Shown here piece after piece: positions 54,846-64,000 of a stretch of DNA of 64,000 bases; within the stretch, counting starts at the first letter, position 1; each line of letters begins with the position of its first letter. The position numbers were made by a program, and so were the translations under genes. The stretch lies in IMG/VR virus record IMGVR_UViG_3300034072_000926, positions 41,621 through 105,620 of that record; one strand, given 5' to 3'. The notes beneath the pieces were generated by a model. The model worked only from the letters and a program-made list of their open reading frames with translations, did not search any database and had not been told where the DNA came from. The DNA comes from a virus.

Positions 54846-55163
54846 TTAGAAAGTGAATGCCGAAATCACAACTGCGAAACCGCAAGCAGCGGTAACTTCG
54901 TTCGAGAACGCAGTCAGGTCGCCGAAGATTTCGTTGTGCTCAACAGCGAAGTTGAGAACAGTTGCCGATGGGGTGCCCATAACAACAGGCTGTGCGCGGA
55001 TCGAGATTGCTTCGATCAGCTTGTCCATCTTAACCGAGTGCTGCTCTTCGTCGCCAACTAGGGTGGTCAGACCGCCCGAAGCAACAGTAGCAGTGAACAT
55101 TGGCAGGCCGCCAGACAGGAACTGATCTGGGGTCTTTGCGAAGCCGTGAACCTTCTGAGTCAT
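54846..55163 (-). CDS. hypothetical protein (105 aa)
   Basis: canonical TATAAATA 36 nt upstream. Confidence 0.45.
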   Translation of the reverse strand: MTQKVHGFAKTPDQFLSGGLPMFTATVASGGLTTLVGDEEQHSVKMDKLIEAISIRAQPVVMGTPSATVLNFAVEHNEIFGDLTAFSNEVTAACGFAVVISAFTF

Positions 55164-55198
55164 TGTAAAATCTCCTAAAAGAGAGTTTCTGTTAACTC

Positions 55199-55206
55199 TA
55201 TTTATA
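55199..55206 (-). promoter_or_regulatory. T4-type late promoter TATAAATA
   Basis: plus-strand TATTTATA; 36 nt upstream of the ATG at 55163. Confidence 0.45.
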
Positions 55207-55219
55207 CAATCACAGAGTT

Positions 55220-55423
55220 CTAACGACGGATAATAGCAGGGGCTACTTCAGAGGTCTTCTTGCGCTTCTTCTTACGTTCAGCAGCATCGTAGATACCCTT
55301 GTGGCCATTCGGATCAAAGCCAGCACCAATCCCACCAACACTGGTCGCTACATTGCCTGATGCCGATGCGCCGGCGGTTGCCGTTTCGAGAATAGGGGTC
55401 GCTACGATTTCTGTCCAACGCAT
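55220..55423 (-). CDS. small protein (67 aa), N-terminus MRWTEIVATP
   Basis: shares its N-terminal 7 residues with the 46951..47319 product. Confidence 0.3.
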   Translation of the reverse strand: MRWTEIVATPILETATAGASASGNVATSVGGIGAGFDPNGHKGIYDAAERKKKRKKTSEVAPAIIRR

Positions 55424-56328
55424 TATTTCACCTGTAATCCGAGATCCTTGAATGAGTCAGGTATTTCAACCTTCAAGCTATTTAAGCGCTCATGATAGAT
55501 ATTACGGATTGTGTTGCAGTCCTCCCAGGTGTAAATGCGACGACAGGTCATCCAGAGACCTTCAATGGTTTTCATTTCAGAACCATTAAGATAAGGACGT
55601 TCACCGAACAACAGTTCTGGCATTAACGCAGGATCATTTATAACTTCTCGGGTGGCAGGAAGAGCTGACGGGAAGATTTGAAGAAACTCATCCTTCGAGA
55701 CTTCCTTGAAGTCCTGAACTCGACCCTTGCCGTCCTTACGCATAGGACGATAGCGATAGCGCCATACACAACCACGATCATGAAAGAACGTTGGACCCAC
55801 TCGAGCAATGACTTTACCATCGTCTTCTAACACCCAATCACTGTTGAAGGCCACAATAGCCTTGATCATTTCTGTTCGGTACAACCCCTTATAGTTTGAA
55901 GTATCTTGCGGCTGTCGATACCAGGGTATACTGGCCAAAGTCAGGGCCGGAGAGAAGTAGGAGAACTCCTGCCACTCGAAGTTGCCGAACATGAAGTCAA
56001 TCTGCACATATCCGTTGTCAGGATTGCCGTCAATAGGGACCGCCGTGAAGATCTGATTATTACCAGGACGAGGCTTAACGTGGTCCTCTCCCAAGAAGGC
56101 GATCAGCTGACTAGCGACCTTTGCCTGGTCATAACGAGTAATCTCGAGGTTGAGATCAATGTCGCCGGAGTCAGGATTCTTTCCTGCACTACCCAGCATA
56201 GCTTCGCGTAACTCAGAGGTTTTGTTGAGGGTGTAGTCGGGCCACTTCTTTTCTAGCCAGAACAACGTGTGTTCTATCTCTTGTCGAAGGATCCGTCGGG
56301 TAACTCCCTCGAATGCTTTACCGCCCAT
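55423..56328 (-). CDS. hypothetical protein (301 aa)
   Basis: ORF track. Confidence 0.45.
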   Translation of the reverse strand: MGGKAFEGVTRRILRQEIEHTLFWLEKKWPDYTLNKTSELREAMLGSAGKNPDSGDIDLNLEITRYDQAKVASQLIAFLGEDHVKPRPGNNQIFTAVPIDGNPDNGYVQIDFMFGNFEWQEFSYFSPALTLASIPWYRQPQDTSNYKGLYRTEMIKAIVAFNSDWVLEDDGKVIARVGPTFFHDRGCVWRYRYRPMRKDGKGRVQDFKEVSKDEFLQIFPSALPATREVINDPALMPELLFGERPYLNGSEMKTIEGLWMTCRRIYTWEDCNTIRNIYHERLNSLKVEIPDSFKDLGLQVK

Positions 56329-57517
56329 CTTCGATTCTCTTTCTCGTATCGTAGAACATGTTCAGAGTTCGTTGGTGCAAATCCTCATGCAGATAACTGA
56401 TCCTGTTGGCTTCGGATAAGTCAAACATATTCGGGTTAAGGACCAACTTATGTCTCGATGCTTTGTATCTCTCTAATAGCACATCCAGGCGCTCAAGTCG
56501 CTTTGCTTTTGGCCAATCCTTTGTCCGGCTCAAGAAACTCGGTCGATTAGGACGCCGACCACCTACAATCCAGTATTTCACAAGATGTGTAAACTTGTTT
56601 AGTTCGGCGAAGCGTGGATTGTTCATCTTGAACTTCAATCCAGAAGATTCAACAACCATTCCTTCGTGTAGGGAATACCAACTACTATGTCCGAGATTTA
56701 TATATCGGAGATGATGGTTAGTGATGACCTGGTGTGCTATCCGTTCTTTAATGGATTTAATGACATTATGATAATGGGTTTTGATTACGATGCGTTCTGT
56801 CTTGATCTGTTCTTTTAGTTCAGACCATTTACGACCATTAGTCTTAGGATGAGTCCTAGCGAGACTGGCTTCCAATATGTCTTGATAAGTGAACTCATCA
56901 ACATTGCTCATTCGCTGAGAGAACGAAATAAGCAACTGATATGCAGCGGTTATAGTGTCATTGAGCTCGCTAGTTCTGTTCTCGTTAACCTTTTGATTCA
57001 CCGCGAAGCCACAAATAGTCGGATTATTAATCTCGCTGAGTGTCCTACCATCTAGAGAGACTTGGGTTTTCGGTAGAAGATTCGTTCGGAACGTCTTGAT
57101 CAATTTCTCAGTTTCGCGGGAGACCATGAAGTTCGAATATGTAATAACGATCTTGAATCTAGAATGCTCCCAAGTATGATAAGGAACACTATTAGGGAGT
57201 TCGCCCTGGATGATCTCTGCCCCGAAGGTGTTTCCCTTTTCGATGAGACCGAGACTTATGAGTTCGCTGACAAGCATCATCGAGCAATGATGAGCGTGAT
57301 GATATGTCTGAGCCCAACACTCGTCCGGCCATTCTGCTAGACTATAACAGGGAGGCGCACCCTTGCGCTTGGAAAAGAATCGACCCTCCTCATCAAGACC
57401 AAACTCAAGCGAGGAGCCATCTAGCTTCTCACTGATTGTCCAGCCGCGATTGAACGAATCCAGTAGTGTCTGGATCGGGAGATCTTCTATGTGAGGTAGA
57501 CTGGTCATGCCCTGCAT
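56318..57517 (-). CDS. hypothetical protein (399 aa)
   Basis: ORF track. Confidence 0.45.
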   Translation of the reverse strand: MQGMTSLPHIEDLPIQTLLDSFNRGWTISEKLDGSSLEFGLDEEGRFFSKRKGAPPCYSLAEWPDECWAQTYHHAHHCSMMLVSELISLGLIEKGNTFGAEIIQGELPNSVPYHTWEHSRFKIVITYSNFMVSRETEKLIKTFRTNLLPKTQVSLDGRTLSEINNPTICGFAVNQKVNENRTSELNDTITAAYQLLISFSQRMSNVDEFTYQDILEASLARTHPKTNGRKWSELKEQIKTERIVIKTHYHNVIKSIKERIAHQVITNHHLRYINLGHSSWYSLHEGMVVESSGLKFKMNNPRFAELNKFTHLVKYWIVGGRRPNRPSFLSRTKDWPKAKRLERLDVLLERYKASRHKLVLNPNMFDLSEANRISYLHEDLHQRTLNMFYDTRKRIEDGR

Positions 57518-57546
57518 TTAGCATAGGCATGACCTCAGGTCAATTT

Positions 57547-58470
57547 TTAGGTGCGGCTGCGGAGAAGTGCAAAACCGATCATCGACAGGATTTTTCTCTC
57601 CTTGTCGGTAAATTCGCTAGGCTTCCTAGTCATGCTGGCTTTACGCAATAAAGCGGAAACGGTCTGTGGGCTGATACCCATAGCGTCCAGACCACGCATC
57701 ATTTCTTTCGTGTCGTATTGACCGCTTGGCTTCTTGCCGCCTTCGTTCTTTCCGAGGTCAGCATTCATATTGATGCCACCGCGACCACCCTTCATGATAC
57801 CAGCTTGAGCAGCCTGTGCGATTGCATCGGCTTTGTCATTTGCTGGTCCATTGTAGAGATAATTGTCGTTGATACGGGCTGCACTGGCGTTCATCATAAT
57901 GTCGACGACATCATCGGGTAGCGGGACAGTCTCATCGTAGTCTTCCGCTTCGTTGGTCTTCTTACCGACTTCGCCATAGTCGCTCAGCTTTGTGTTGAGA
58001 TCCTTAGGAAGAGGACGACCATCCTCTTCTTGTTCAGCGCCAGTCTTGATTGTCTTTTCGATTGGCTTTTCTTCAGCATTAGGCTCTGCAGGTTCATCAG
58101 ACCCTTGACGCAAATTCGCCTTGTGCATCACAAAGTCAATGTCTTCGTCCGTGAAGCCAATCCTGTGAGTCATGAAACGATCCATGTCCTCAAGGGTGCC
58201 TTCTCGATCTGTCTGGCCTAGCCAAGTGAGCCACTGCTTTTTGAGGTCACTGGCAAGCTTCTTGCGTTCCTTGTCGCCAAGACGACGCTTGATCTTATTC
58301 TTGAGATTTCCCACCCAACCTTCGTTGACAGGAGTTTCGCAAGACTCAAGGAGATTAAGGACTTGTCGCATCCTTTCGCTGTCATTTGACATTCTTTTTC
58401 TTCTCCTCATCCTTACGGAATTCACGAATCTTGCGATTAAATTTGTCTGGGTCACGATTCTTGATAGCAC
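57547..58470 (-). CDS. hypothetical protein (about 280-307 aa; start uncertain)
   Basis: ORF track; 5-prime end overlaps the next ORF. Confidence 0.4.
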   Translation of the reverse strand: MLSRIVTQTNLIARFVNSVRMRRRKRMSNDSERMRQVLNLLESCETPVNEGWVGNLKNKIKRRLGDKERKKLASDLKKQWLTWLGQTDREGTLEDMDRFMTHRIGFTDEDIDFVMHKANLRQGSDEPAEPNAEEKPIEKTIKTGAEQEEDGRPLPKDLNTKLSDYGEVGKKTNEAEDYDETVPLPDDVVDIMMNASAARINDNYLYNGPANDKADAIAQAAQAGIMKGGRGGINMNADLGKNEGGKKPSGQYDTKEMMRGLDAMGISPQTVSALLRKASMTRKPSEFTDKERKILSMIGFALLRSRT

Positions 58471-58654
58471 CTAATAGGCGACGTTGCAACTCATCAGCTT
58501 CCTCTTCAGAGAAAGTTTCCGAAATCAAGTTCATGAGATTAACCGCACTAGCGATCACATTAGTCGCTCGTGCTTCTAAGATTTGGTGCCTATCCCTCTG
58601 AGGGACGAAGAGATCGAGCTCTTCGATTAAGCTTTTTACGCGAGCGTCTTTCAT
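58382..58654 (-). CDS. small hypothetical protein (90 aa)
   Basis: ORF track. Confidence 0.3.
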   Translation of the reverse strand: MKDARVKSLIEELDLFVPQRDRHQILEARATNVIASAVNLMNLISETFSEEEADELQRRLLGAIKNRDPDKFNRKIREFRKDEEKKKNVK

Positions 58655-58660
58655 CGGCCC

Positions 58661-58942
58661 TTACTCCTTGGAGAATCCAGAATAGCGTTCCAATAGTCGC
58701 TCTAACATATTGGCAGCGAGTGCTAAACCCTCTTCGACGCCACGAGCGTAGTCCAGATTGTCGTCCGACTCACTGTAACTGCGAAGTTTGAAAATCATAT
58801 CATTAACATCTTCTAAAAGATATGGAGAGTCATCGAGGTCAGGGACCTCGATGGTCTCCAGAATCATGTCGTCCTCCTGGGACATCGTGGTGCTTTCAGT
58901 TAACCTGAAATACCTCCTAATGTCATCGGGTTGACTGTCCAT
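58661..58942 (-). CDS. acidic hypothetical protein (93 aa)
   Basis: CTAAATAGGG about 27 nt upstream (plus-strand 58968-58977). Confidence 0.4.
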   Translation of the reverse strand: MDSQPDDIRRYFRLTESTTMSQEDDMILETIEVPDLDDSPYLLEDVNDMIFKLRSYSESDDNLDYARGVEEGLALAANMLERLLERYSGFSKE

Positions 58943-58982
58943 TCATGACTCTCCTAACTGGCGCGCACCCTATTTAGCAGAA

Positions 58983-60503
58983 TCACTTATTGAGCTTCTT
59001 TGCAAAAGCACGGAGTGCGGCTCCATCCATCTGCATCTTTCCAGCTGCTGACGGAACAGGAACTGGGTTCCTTTGCAGAACAGGATTCAATGCTGCATCA
59101 CCTTTTGGCAATGTAGGATCCTTCTCAGGTGAGAAGGAAGTGCCAATTGACTTAGGAACAACGGTCGAAACATTGCCCTTTAGACCAGCTGCAATGGGCG
59201 ACATGCCTGAACTGCGACCCTCGGCCATTTCCTGCGGAGCATCAGTGATCCTCAGTGTATTGGGATCAATCTTAAGGAAGATCTTCTGACCAACACCAGA
59301 TGACGAACGAGTCTTAAGGAACTGAATCTGATATTCGCCACGTTCTTTCATAGCCGCAGTTGTGAGGATCGCCATCACGTTATCCGCGGTGTTGATCTTC
59401 GAGATACCGCCTGCAATGTGGCTTGCGTCGAAGTCTTGTTCCTGAATAGAAGCACGGTTGAGCTGCGATGCAGTCGCACAAAGGATGTTCCATTCGACTG
59501 CAAGAGCACGAAGTTCTTCAGATGTGAACTTGTCCTTAATGAACTGGTCACTGACGTTAATCTTACCACTGTTCGGGTGCATCAGGTCAAGGTAGTCGAC
59601 CACGATAGCATCAGGGCGCGCACCTGTCTGAATCTCAAATTCCTGCAGGTATGCACGAATGTCATTCGCCGTGGTGCCGGCCATCGGCAGCTTCTTAATT
59701 TGAAGCTTGCCCCACTTGTGAGCCTTGCCACCACTCTTACGCATCATACCAAGGCGCATCGCAACTTCGTCGATGTCCTTAAAGATCTGCTTCGTCGGCA
59801 TCTCGGTGATCATTGCGTCATAGCGAAGACCAACGAGTTCTTCAGAAAGTTCCATCGTGATGTAGATCACGCTCAAGCCCATCTGCACCCAGTTAAGCGC
59901 AAGGTTCTGTAAGAACAGTGATTTACCCGTACCAGGTCCACCGCAGAAGAAGCTGATTTCACCTCGGTTGAAACCACCATAAAGCTTGGAGTCAATGTCC
60001 TTCCAGCCAGTTGGTGTGGTATCAGTCTTATCCCTCATGCGTTCTAGACGCTCTTTGGGATCCATGAAATAGTCGGTGCCTAGTTCAGTCTGTAGACTGA
60101 TCAGCATGTTCTCTTTTGAACGGCGTTCTAGTTCAGCATAGTCGCCCTTGGAGATCAACTGAGGACCTTCAAAGACAAGAGCTTCCATGGCCTTATGACG
60201 ACAGAAATCTGCAATCGTGTTCAGGAACCATTCAACGTGATTCGACTGAACATTTGGGATAATTGGCGTATCAATCCCAGTCTCTGCCGTGACCTGTTCA
60301 GGTGTAGGTAGAGCACGGTATTCGTTTGTGAACTTCTGGATATAGCGAACTGCCGGACGTAGGCGCTCATTCCAGTATTCGGGCTTTACGATATTCTGAC
60401 AACGAACATAGGCGCTGTTGTCAGTAAGCATGAACTGAATGAGGACCTTCTGGACCTCTTCGCTATATTCCTTGAGCTCTGTTTGTTCTTTTCTCTGGCT
60501 CAC
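58983..60503 (-). CDS. replicative DNA helicase (DnaB family, T4 gp41-like)
   Basis: 506 aa; Walker A FFCGGPGTGKS, RecA-like core, N-terminal helical domain. Confidence 0.85.
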   Translation of the reverse strand: MSQRKEQTELKEYSEEVQKVLIQFMLTDNSAYVRCQNIVKPEYWNERLRPAVRYIQKFTNEYRALPTPEQVTAETGIDTPIIPNVQSNHVEWFLNTIADFCRHKAMEALVFEGPQLISKGDYAELERRSKENMLISLQTELGTDYFMDPKERLERMRDKTDTTPTGWKDIDSKLYGGFNRGEISFFCGGPGTGKSLFLQNLALNWVQMGLSVIYITMELSEELVGLRYDAMITEMPTKQIFKDIDEVAMRLGMMRKSGGKAHKWGKLQIKKLPMAGTTANDIRAYLQEFEIQTGARPDAIVVDYLDLMHPNSGKINVSDQFIKDKFTSEELRALAVEWNILCATASQLNRASIQEQDFDASHIAGGISKINTADNVMAILTTAAMKERGEYQIQFLKTRSSSGVGQKIFLKIDPNTLRITDAPQEMAEGRSSGMSPIAAGLKGNVSTVVPKSIGTSFSPEKDPTLPKGDAALNPVLQRNPVPVPSAAGKMQMDGAALRAFAKKLNK

Positions 60504-60519
60504 AGGACCTCCTGGTCTC

Positions 60520-61551
60520 TTATACTAAGCGTTGCCGCCTTACACCTATTTCTAGCTTATTCTTTGTCATTGCATCAATAATTGACCACACCGTATAGAG
60601 TTTTCCGTAAGCTTTTACCGCATCTGCGGCGTCCTTGATGCCAGTGTCCCAACGAGGAAAGGACACATACCATCCCTCACTGAGGGCAGTATCAACAAGC
60701 TTACCGCCTTGTTCTACGCGGTCGGGAACAACAATGATTTTCTTGCCAGTTTGATTAAGCCAACGTGCTTGGTCAGGCATGACCTTGTCACCAAGCATCG
60801 CAATACCATTTATCGCGATACCATCGAAGGGTCCTTCACAGACGAATAGAAATTCCCAGTCCTTCTTGATCGCTTCGGTGTTGAAGAGATAACGAGGCTG
60901 GACTTCACTAAAGTATCGCATTGGTGACGAATTGTCGATCACACGAGCAGTCCAACCGACGACTTCATGTTCCCAGAAGAAGGGAATGATAACTCGACGA
61001 TTCAATCCATTTGTCTTCTCAGGTGTCCAATAGAAGTCTGCCCCTAAGAGGACTTCATCACCACGAGTTGACAAGTAGGCAAGAGCATCGAGGAAGTCTG
61101 GATCGGTTAGTTCATGCTCGAGCCAGAACGTGATTGGTTTGGCACCCTTAGGCAAAGGCACTGGCTTGAACTCTAGTCGCTCGAGAAGTTCACGAGGGGC
61201 CATGGAGACCAACTCACCCTTCTCAAGCATGTTCTTCCTCAGTTCCTCAACATAGAAACCAAGCCAATCAAGTTCTTCCTTAGGCATACCCAGCCACTGG
61301 AAGTAATCTTTCCACTTTGTAGTGAATCGACTTCCAGGTGTCCAAGCAGTCTTAAAGCCACAGTTGAAGCAGGAGATTGTTGTTCGACCGTCGAAGTCAA
61401 ACATCAATCCTCCACGCTTCTTAGTATCAGGTCGGGACTGTCCGTTATGAATGCAGCATGGACCATTGAATCTCATCCACCTACTAGGAGTGGATTGCGC
61501 TCCAGATATATGCTTGATTAGGGCATCGTAGACGAGAGTCAAAGGGTTCAT
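60520..61551 (-). CDS. DNA primase (T4 gp61-like; zinc ribbon + TOPRIM)
   Basis: 343 aa; CC..C..C zinc ribbon (PCCIHNG...SCFNCG); TOPRIM-like CEGPFDGIAI and VVPDRVEQG; lies beside the helicase as in T4. Confidence 0.65.
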   Translation of the reverse strand: MNPLTLVYDALIKHISGAQSTPSRWMRFNGPCCIHNGQSRPDTKKRGGLMFDFDGRTTISCFNCGFKTAWTPGSRFTTKWKDYFQWLGMPKEELDWLGFYVEELRKNMLEKGELVSMAPRELLERLEFKPVPLPKGAKPITFWLEHELTDPDFLDALAYLSTRGDEVLLGADFYWTPEKTNGLNRRVIIPFFWEHEVVGWTARVIDNSSPMRYFSEVQPRYLFNTEAIKKDWEFLFVCEGPFDGIAINGIAMLGDKVMPDQARWLNQTGKKIIVVPDRVEQGGKLVDTALSEGWYVSFPRWDTGIKDAADAVKAYGKLYTVWSIIDAMTKNKLEIGVRRQRLV

Positions 61552-63302
61552 TAGAGTTCAAACAATCCATCGTTCATGATAGCCAGCTTTGGCTTGTTTT
61601 CGGCCAGGGTTGCAGCTTCTGCTTCCTTCCTAGCCTTCGTGACCTGCTTGTGTTCCTTGATGTCACCCAACTCGAAAGTTGAATAGTCAAGAACGCCACG
61701 TTCTGCATTGTCACTTGCAAGATAGTTCAGGATCTTACGATTCTTCTCAAGGTAGTCGTTGTAGTTCTCAACCTTGAAAGCTTCCTCGATGACACCCTTG
61801 AGCTCAAGCAACTGGGCCGGAACCTTCGCGGGATCATTCGAGTCGTAGAGTTCCTGAGACTCATAAACGCCTTCTAGGTGAACCTGGACGTTATGATTCA
61901 TCAGCATTGCATAGGTAACAACGTCCCATGTCGAAGTGAACTTAGGGTCCACGTTGACACAGATATCACCCATTGTGAGGCGCTTGCCGATTTCAGTCTC
62001 AACAAAGCGAGAACCTTCGACACCCTTGAGACGTTCGTCGAACATGTCCTTCAGAACATCAAGGAAGGGACGATCAGCTTCCGAGCCCTTAGCAGGGAGA
62101 GGAATCTTCTGTCCGTTCTCATCCAACTTATAGACAATCCTGTCCTTACCTGTCGATATCATTTCGTGACCGATTTGTTCAATACCGTCCTTATCGAAAT
62201 AGGTATTGGTAGGCAGGTAGTGACGACCGTCTAGCTTCTCACCCTGAATTGACCAGCTGTCCTTGTTCAGGTTATAGCCGAGGAAGACCTTGCCATAAGC
62301 TGCTAGGGTGAAGGGTGACGAAACGTCATAGGAGATCGTGAAGTTCGGATTGATCTGTTCACGAACCTGACGCTGGATGGTGGTATAGATGCAACCGTGC
62401 TGGAACTTGCCAACACCAAGAAAGTGCATCCAGTCCTTGTCCTGCAGGAGACCGTCATCCCTCATATTGAGGATACGACCCAAGCCCATCTCAAAGTTTT
62501 CCTTGTGATGGCTTGCAAGCGACCAACCCTCAAAGGGATAGTGCTTGACGTTCTCATACCAAATCTTAGATTCGGTTGGATTACGACCCTGAACAACATT
62601 TAGGAACTTCGTTGCGCCAGGAACTCGGTTAGCCACGAAGTAATCGTTGTTGATGATCGTCTGCAACATACAGGCGTAATAGAGACGATCATTGATGTCA
62701 TTGACGTTGCCACCATTCTTGATAATAAGGGCATCGAGTGCCGCCTTATTATTGAAATCCGGAGACTGGAAGGTTTCCATCTTCGGAGTACCATCTTCGT
62801 TGAAGATCTTCTTCTTGTTGGCGTCAATGGCTTGCAAGAAGCCAGTCGTCGATTCAAGACGCTCAAGGTGACGGTCGATGTTACCAAGACCAATACCACC
62901 AGTTGGGAAGTCGAGGACCATTGACCAATCACAGTTGGCTTCCATCCAGCGCATCATCTTCTCGCGGGTCTTATCGCCCTCGAACTTGATCGCGCCTGTC
63001 TGGATCTGAAATCCACCAGAGTCGCCCAACACCGTGAACATGCCAGGTGTGCGATCACGACCAGTAACCATGTCCTTGCGATGCGTGACTGCATTGCCCT
63101 TAGCAGCCTGTCCGGCCGAATATAGAGCGCTGTTCAGATAGAACAGGTTCGTGTTCGAATCAAAGAAATTCAAATCACTACGAGGGATAGGTGGCTCCCT
63201 CTTTGGGTTTTCCGCATTCACGTAGCGGACATACATTTCTGAGATAGCCGGTGTGAACCGAGCATAATCTCGATATCTCTTGGAATAGTCAATACCGGAC
63301 AT
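61551..63302 (-). CDS. tRNA-guanine-transglycosylase superfamily protein (possible DpdA-like DNA transglycosylase)
   Basis: 583 aa; VLGDSGGFQ motif matching the TGT DSGGFQ active-site region, followed by a MVLDFP segment resembling TGT DIVMIFDEC. Confidence 0.45.
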   Translation of the reverse strand: MSGIDYSKRYRDYARFTPAISEMYVRYVNAENPKREPPIPRSDLNFFDSNTNLFYLNSALYSAGQAAKGNAVTHRKDMVTGRDRTPGMFTVLGDSGGFQIQTGAIKFEGDKTREKMMRWMEANCDWSMVLDFPTGGIGLGNIDRHLERLESTTGFLQAIDANKKKIFNEDGTPKMETFQSPDFNNKAALDALIIKNGGNVNDINDRLYYACMLQTIINNDYFVANRVPGATKFLNVVQGRNPTESKIWYENVKHYPFEGWSLASHHKENFEMGLGRILNMRDDGLLQDKDWMHFLGVGKFQHGCIYTTIQRQVREQINPNFTISYDVSSPFTLAAYGKVFLGYNLNKDSWSIQGEKLDGRHYLPTNTYFDKDGIEQIGHEMISTGKDRIVYKLDENGQKIPLPAKGSEADRPFLDVLKDMFDERLKGVEGSRFVETEIGKRLTMGDICVNVDPKFTSTWDVVTYAMLMNHNVQVHLEGVYESQELYDSNDPAKVPAQLLELKGVIEEAFKVENYNDYLEKNRKILNYLASDNAERGVLDYSTFELGDIKEHKQVTKARKEAEAATLAENKPKLAIMNDGLFEL

Positions 63303-63342
63303 TAACTGCCTCTCTTATAGGGTTAACCTCACTATAGGCTAA

Positions 63343-63351
63343 CCTATTTAG
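63343..63351 (-). promoter_or_regulatory. late-promoter-like CTAAATAGG
   Basis: about 41 nt upstream of the ATG at 63302. Confidence 0.35.
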
Positions 63352-63355
63352 GCAG

Positions 63356-63907
63356 TCAATTTCTAAACACCAGTTTGGTAATTTTACCTTCGTCGGCAGG
63401 TAGAACATATGGGTTGAATTCCAGCTGTTCATACTTGTTGATCAAGTAGACACGAACCCACATGAAGTTGCCTTCAAAGGTAAAAGCTTCGGTAGAAGTC
63501 TGATGATCATATTCCCTGACTTCGATATCGAACCAGTTAAGTTCGGTTGGAACACTAGGCTCCAAACTCCCTTGGATCTTGAAGTGGCCAGAGAAGTTAT
63601 CGAGGAATGCAACAAGGGTATGGACCCCTGAGGTGTTGTTTCGCTGGAGCGAGCCCTCTAGAGCGCTTGAAACGCGGATAGATGTATCAAGACCGTCAAT
63701 CTCTGCATTGGTCAATGACAGAGCTTCGTAGGGGATTTCCACACTAGGCTGGGGATCGAAGATAGGACCCTGTGCTAGTTCAAAGAAACCAGTCTGACTT
63801 TCAAAGGTGTCCATGTAGAGCATGTGAGTGCTACCATCAACATTGGTGACTTGAACGCTATAGGAATAGGTCTGGAGAAACCAATCGGCCGTAACATCAG
63901 GCAACAA
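63356..63907 (-). CDS. hypothetical protein (183 aa)
   Basis: ORF track. Confidence 0.4.
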   Translation of the reverse strand: MLPDVTADWFLQTYSYSVQVTNVDGSTHMLYMDTFESQTGFFELAQGPIFDPQPSVEIPYEALSLTNAEIDGLDTSIRVSSALEGSLQRNNTSGVHTLVAFLDNFSGHFKIQGSLEPSVPTELNWFDIEVREYDHQTSTEAFTFEGNFMWVRVYLINKYEQLEFNPYVLPADEGKITKLVFRN

Positions 63908-64000
63908 GATTAGCTTGCAGATACCCTTTGCTTCGTCGATGACTTTGAGCTCCTGTTGGAAAAGAAGCTGACTTGTCTTCTGGTCAAAGAAATTGACCTT

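Noticed and set aside
1-64000. CRISPR arrays, retron-like msr/msd, integrase or att sites
   Set aside because: No short regularly spaced direct repeats, no reverse transcriptase or recombinase motifs seen; the only tandem repeats are the coding 30-bp units at 47405-47530.

Overview
This window looks like a stretch of a T4-like (Straboviridae-type) myovirus genome, about 48% GC and almost entirely coding. All calls below are by eye from the sequence and ORF track; no searches were run.

Confident calls:
- T4-type replication and nucleotide-metabolism genes: fused gp39/gp60-type topoisomerase II large subunit; gp52-type medium subunit; gp41-like DnaB helicase with a gp61-like primase; class Ia RNR (NrdA/NrdB) with an NrdH-like glutaredoxin.
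- Host-like translation and tRNA genes: an IF-3 homolog, a ribosomal L7/L12 C-terminal-domain-like protein, CCA-adding tRNA nucleotidyltransferase, ClpX, and one tRNA-Thr(GGU).
- Other recognisable families: SAM decarboxylase (SpeH-type); QueD-like 6-pyruvoyl-tetrahydropterin synthase with a TGT/DpdA-like transglycosylase (possible 7-deazaguanine DNA modification); NADAR, DUF4326, Smr, a 2H phosphoesterase (Acb1/LigT-like), a four-PAS-domain protein and a stand-alone receiver domain; a signal-peptide SleB-like cell-wall hydrolase and a signal-peptide SNase-like nuclease; three homing endonucleases (two HNH-type, one GIY-YIG).
- Regulatory signals: T4-like late-promoter motifs (TATAAATA and a recurring CTAAATA variant) about 20-45 nt upstream of many minus-strand starts, plus several clear rho-independent terminators.

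Most unusual:
1. A translationally coupled tandem array (9.2-13.7 kb) of about 14 small paralogous genes between the two topoisomerase II subunit genes. Almost all end in a conserved C-terminal tail (D/E)A-x-(L/M)-F-K-L-(T/R/S)-W-G-G. At least five more members lie on the opposite strand at 20.6-23.9 kb, so the family has about 19 copies or more. I do not recognise it as a described family.
2. A membrane-associated block: YqiJ(NfeD-like), YqiK(flotillin/SPFH), a membrane protein, a TelA-like protein and a secreted SNase-like nuclease.
3. A roughly 70-nt direct repeat with compensatory hairpin changes bracketing a GIY-YIG endonuclease cassette.
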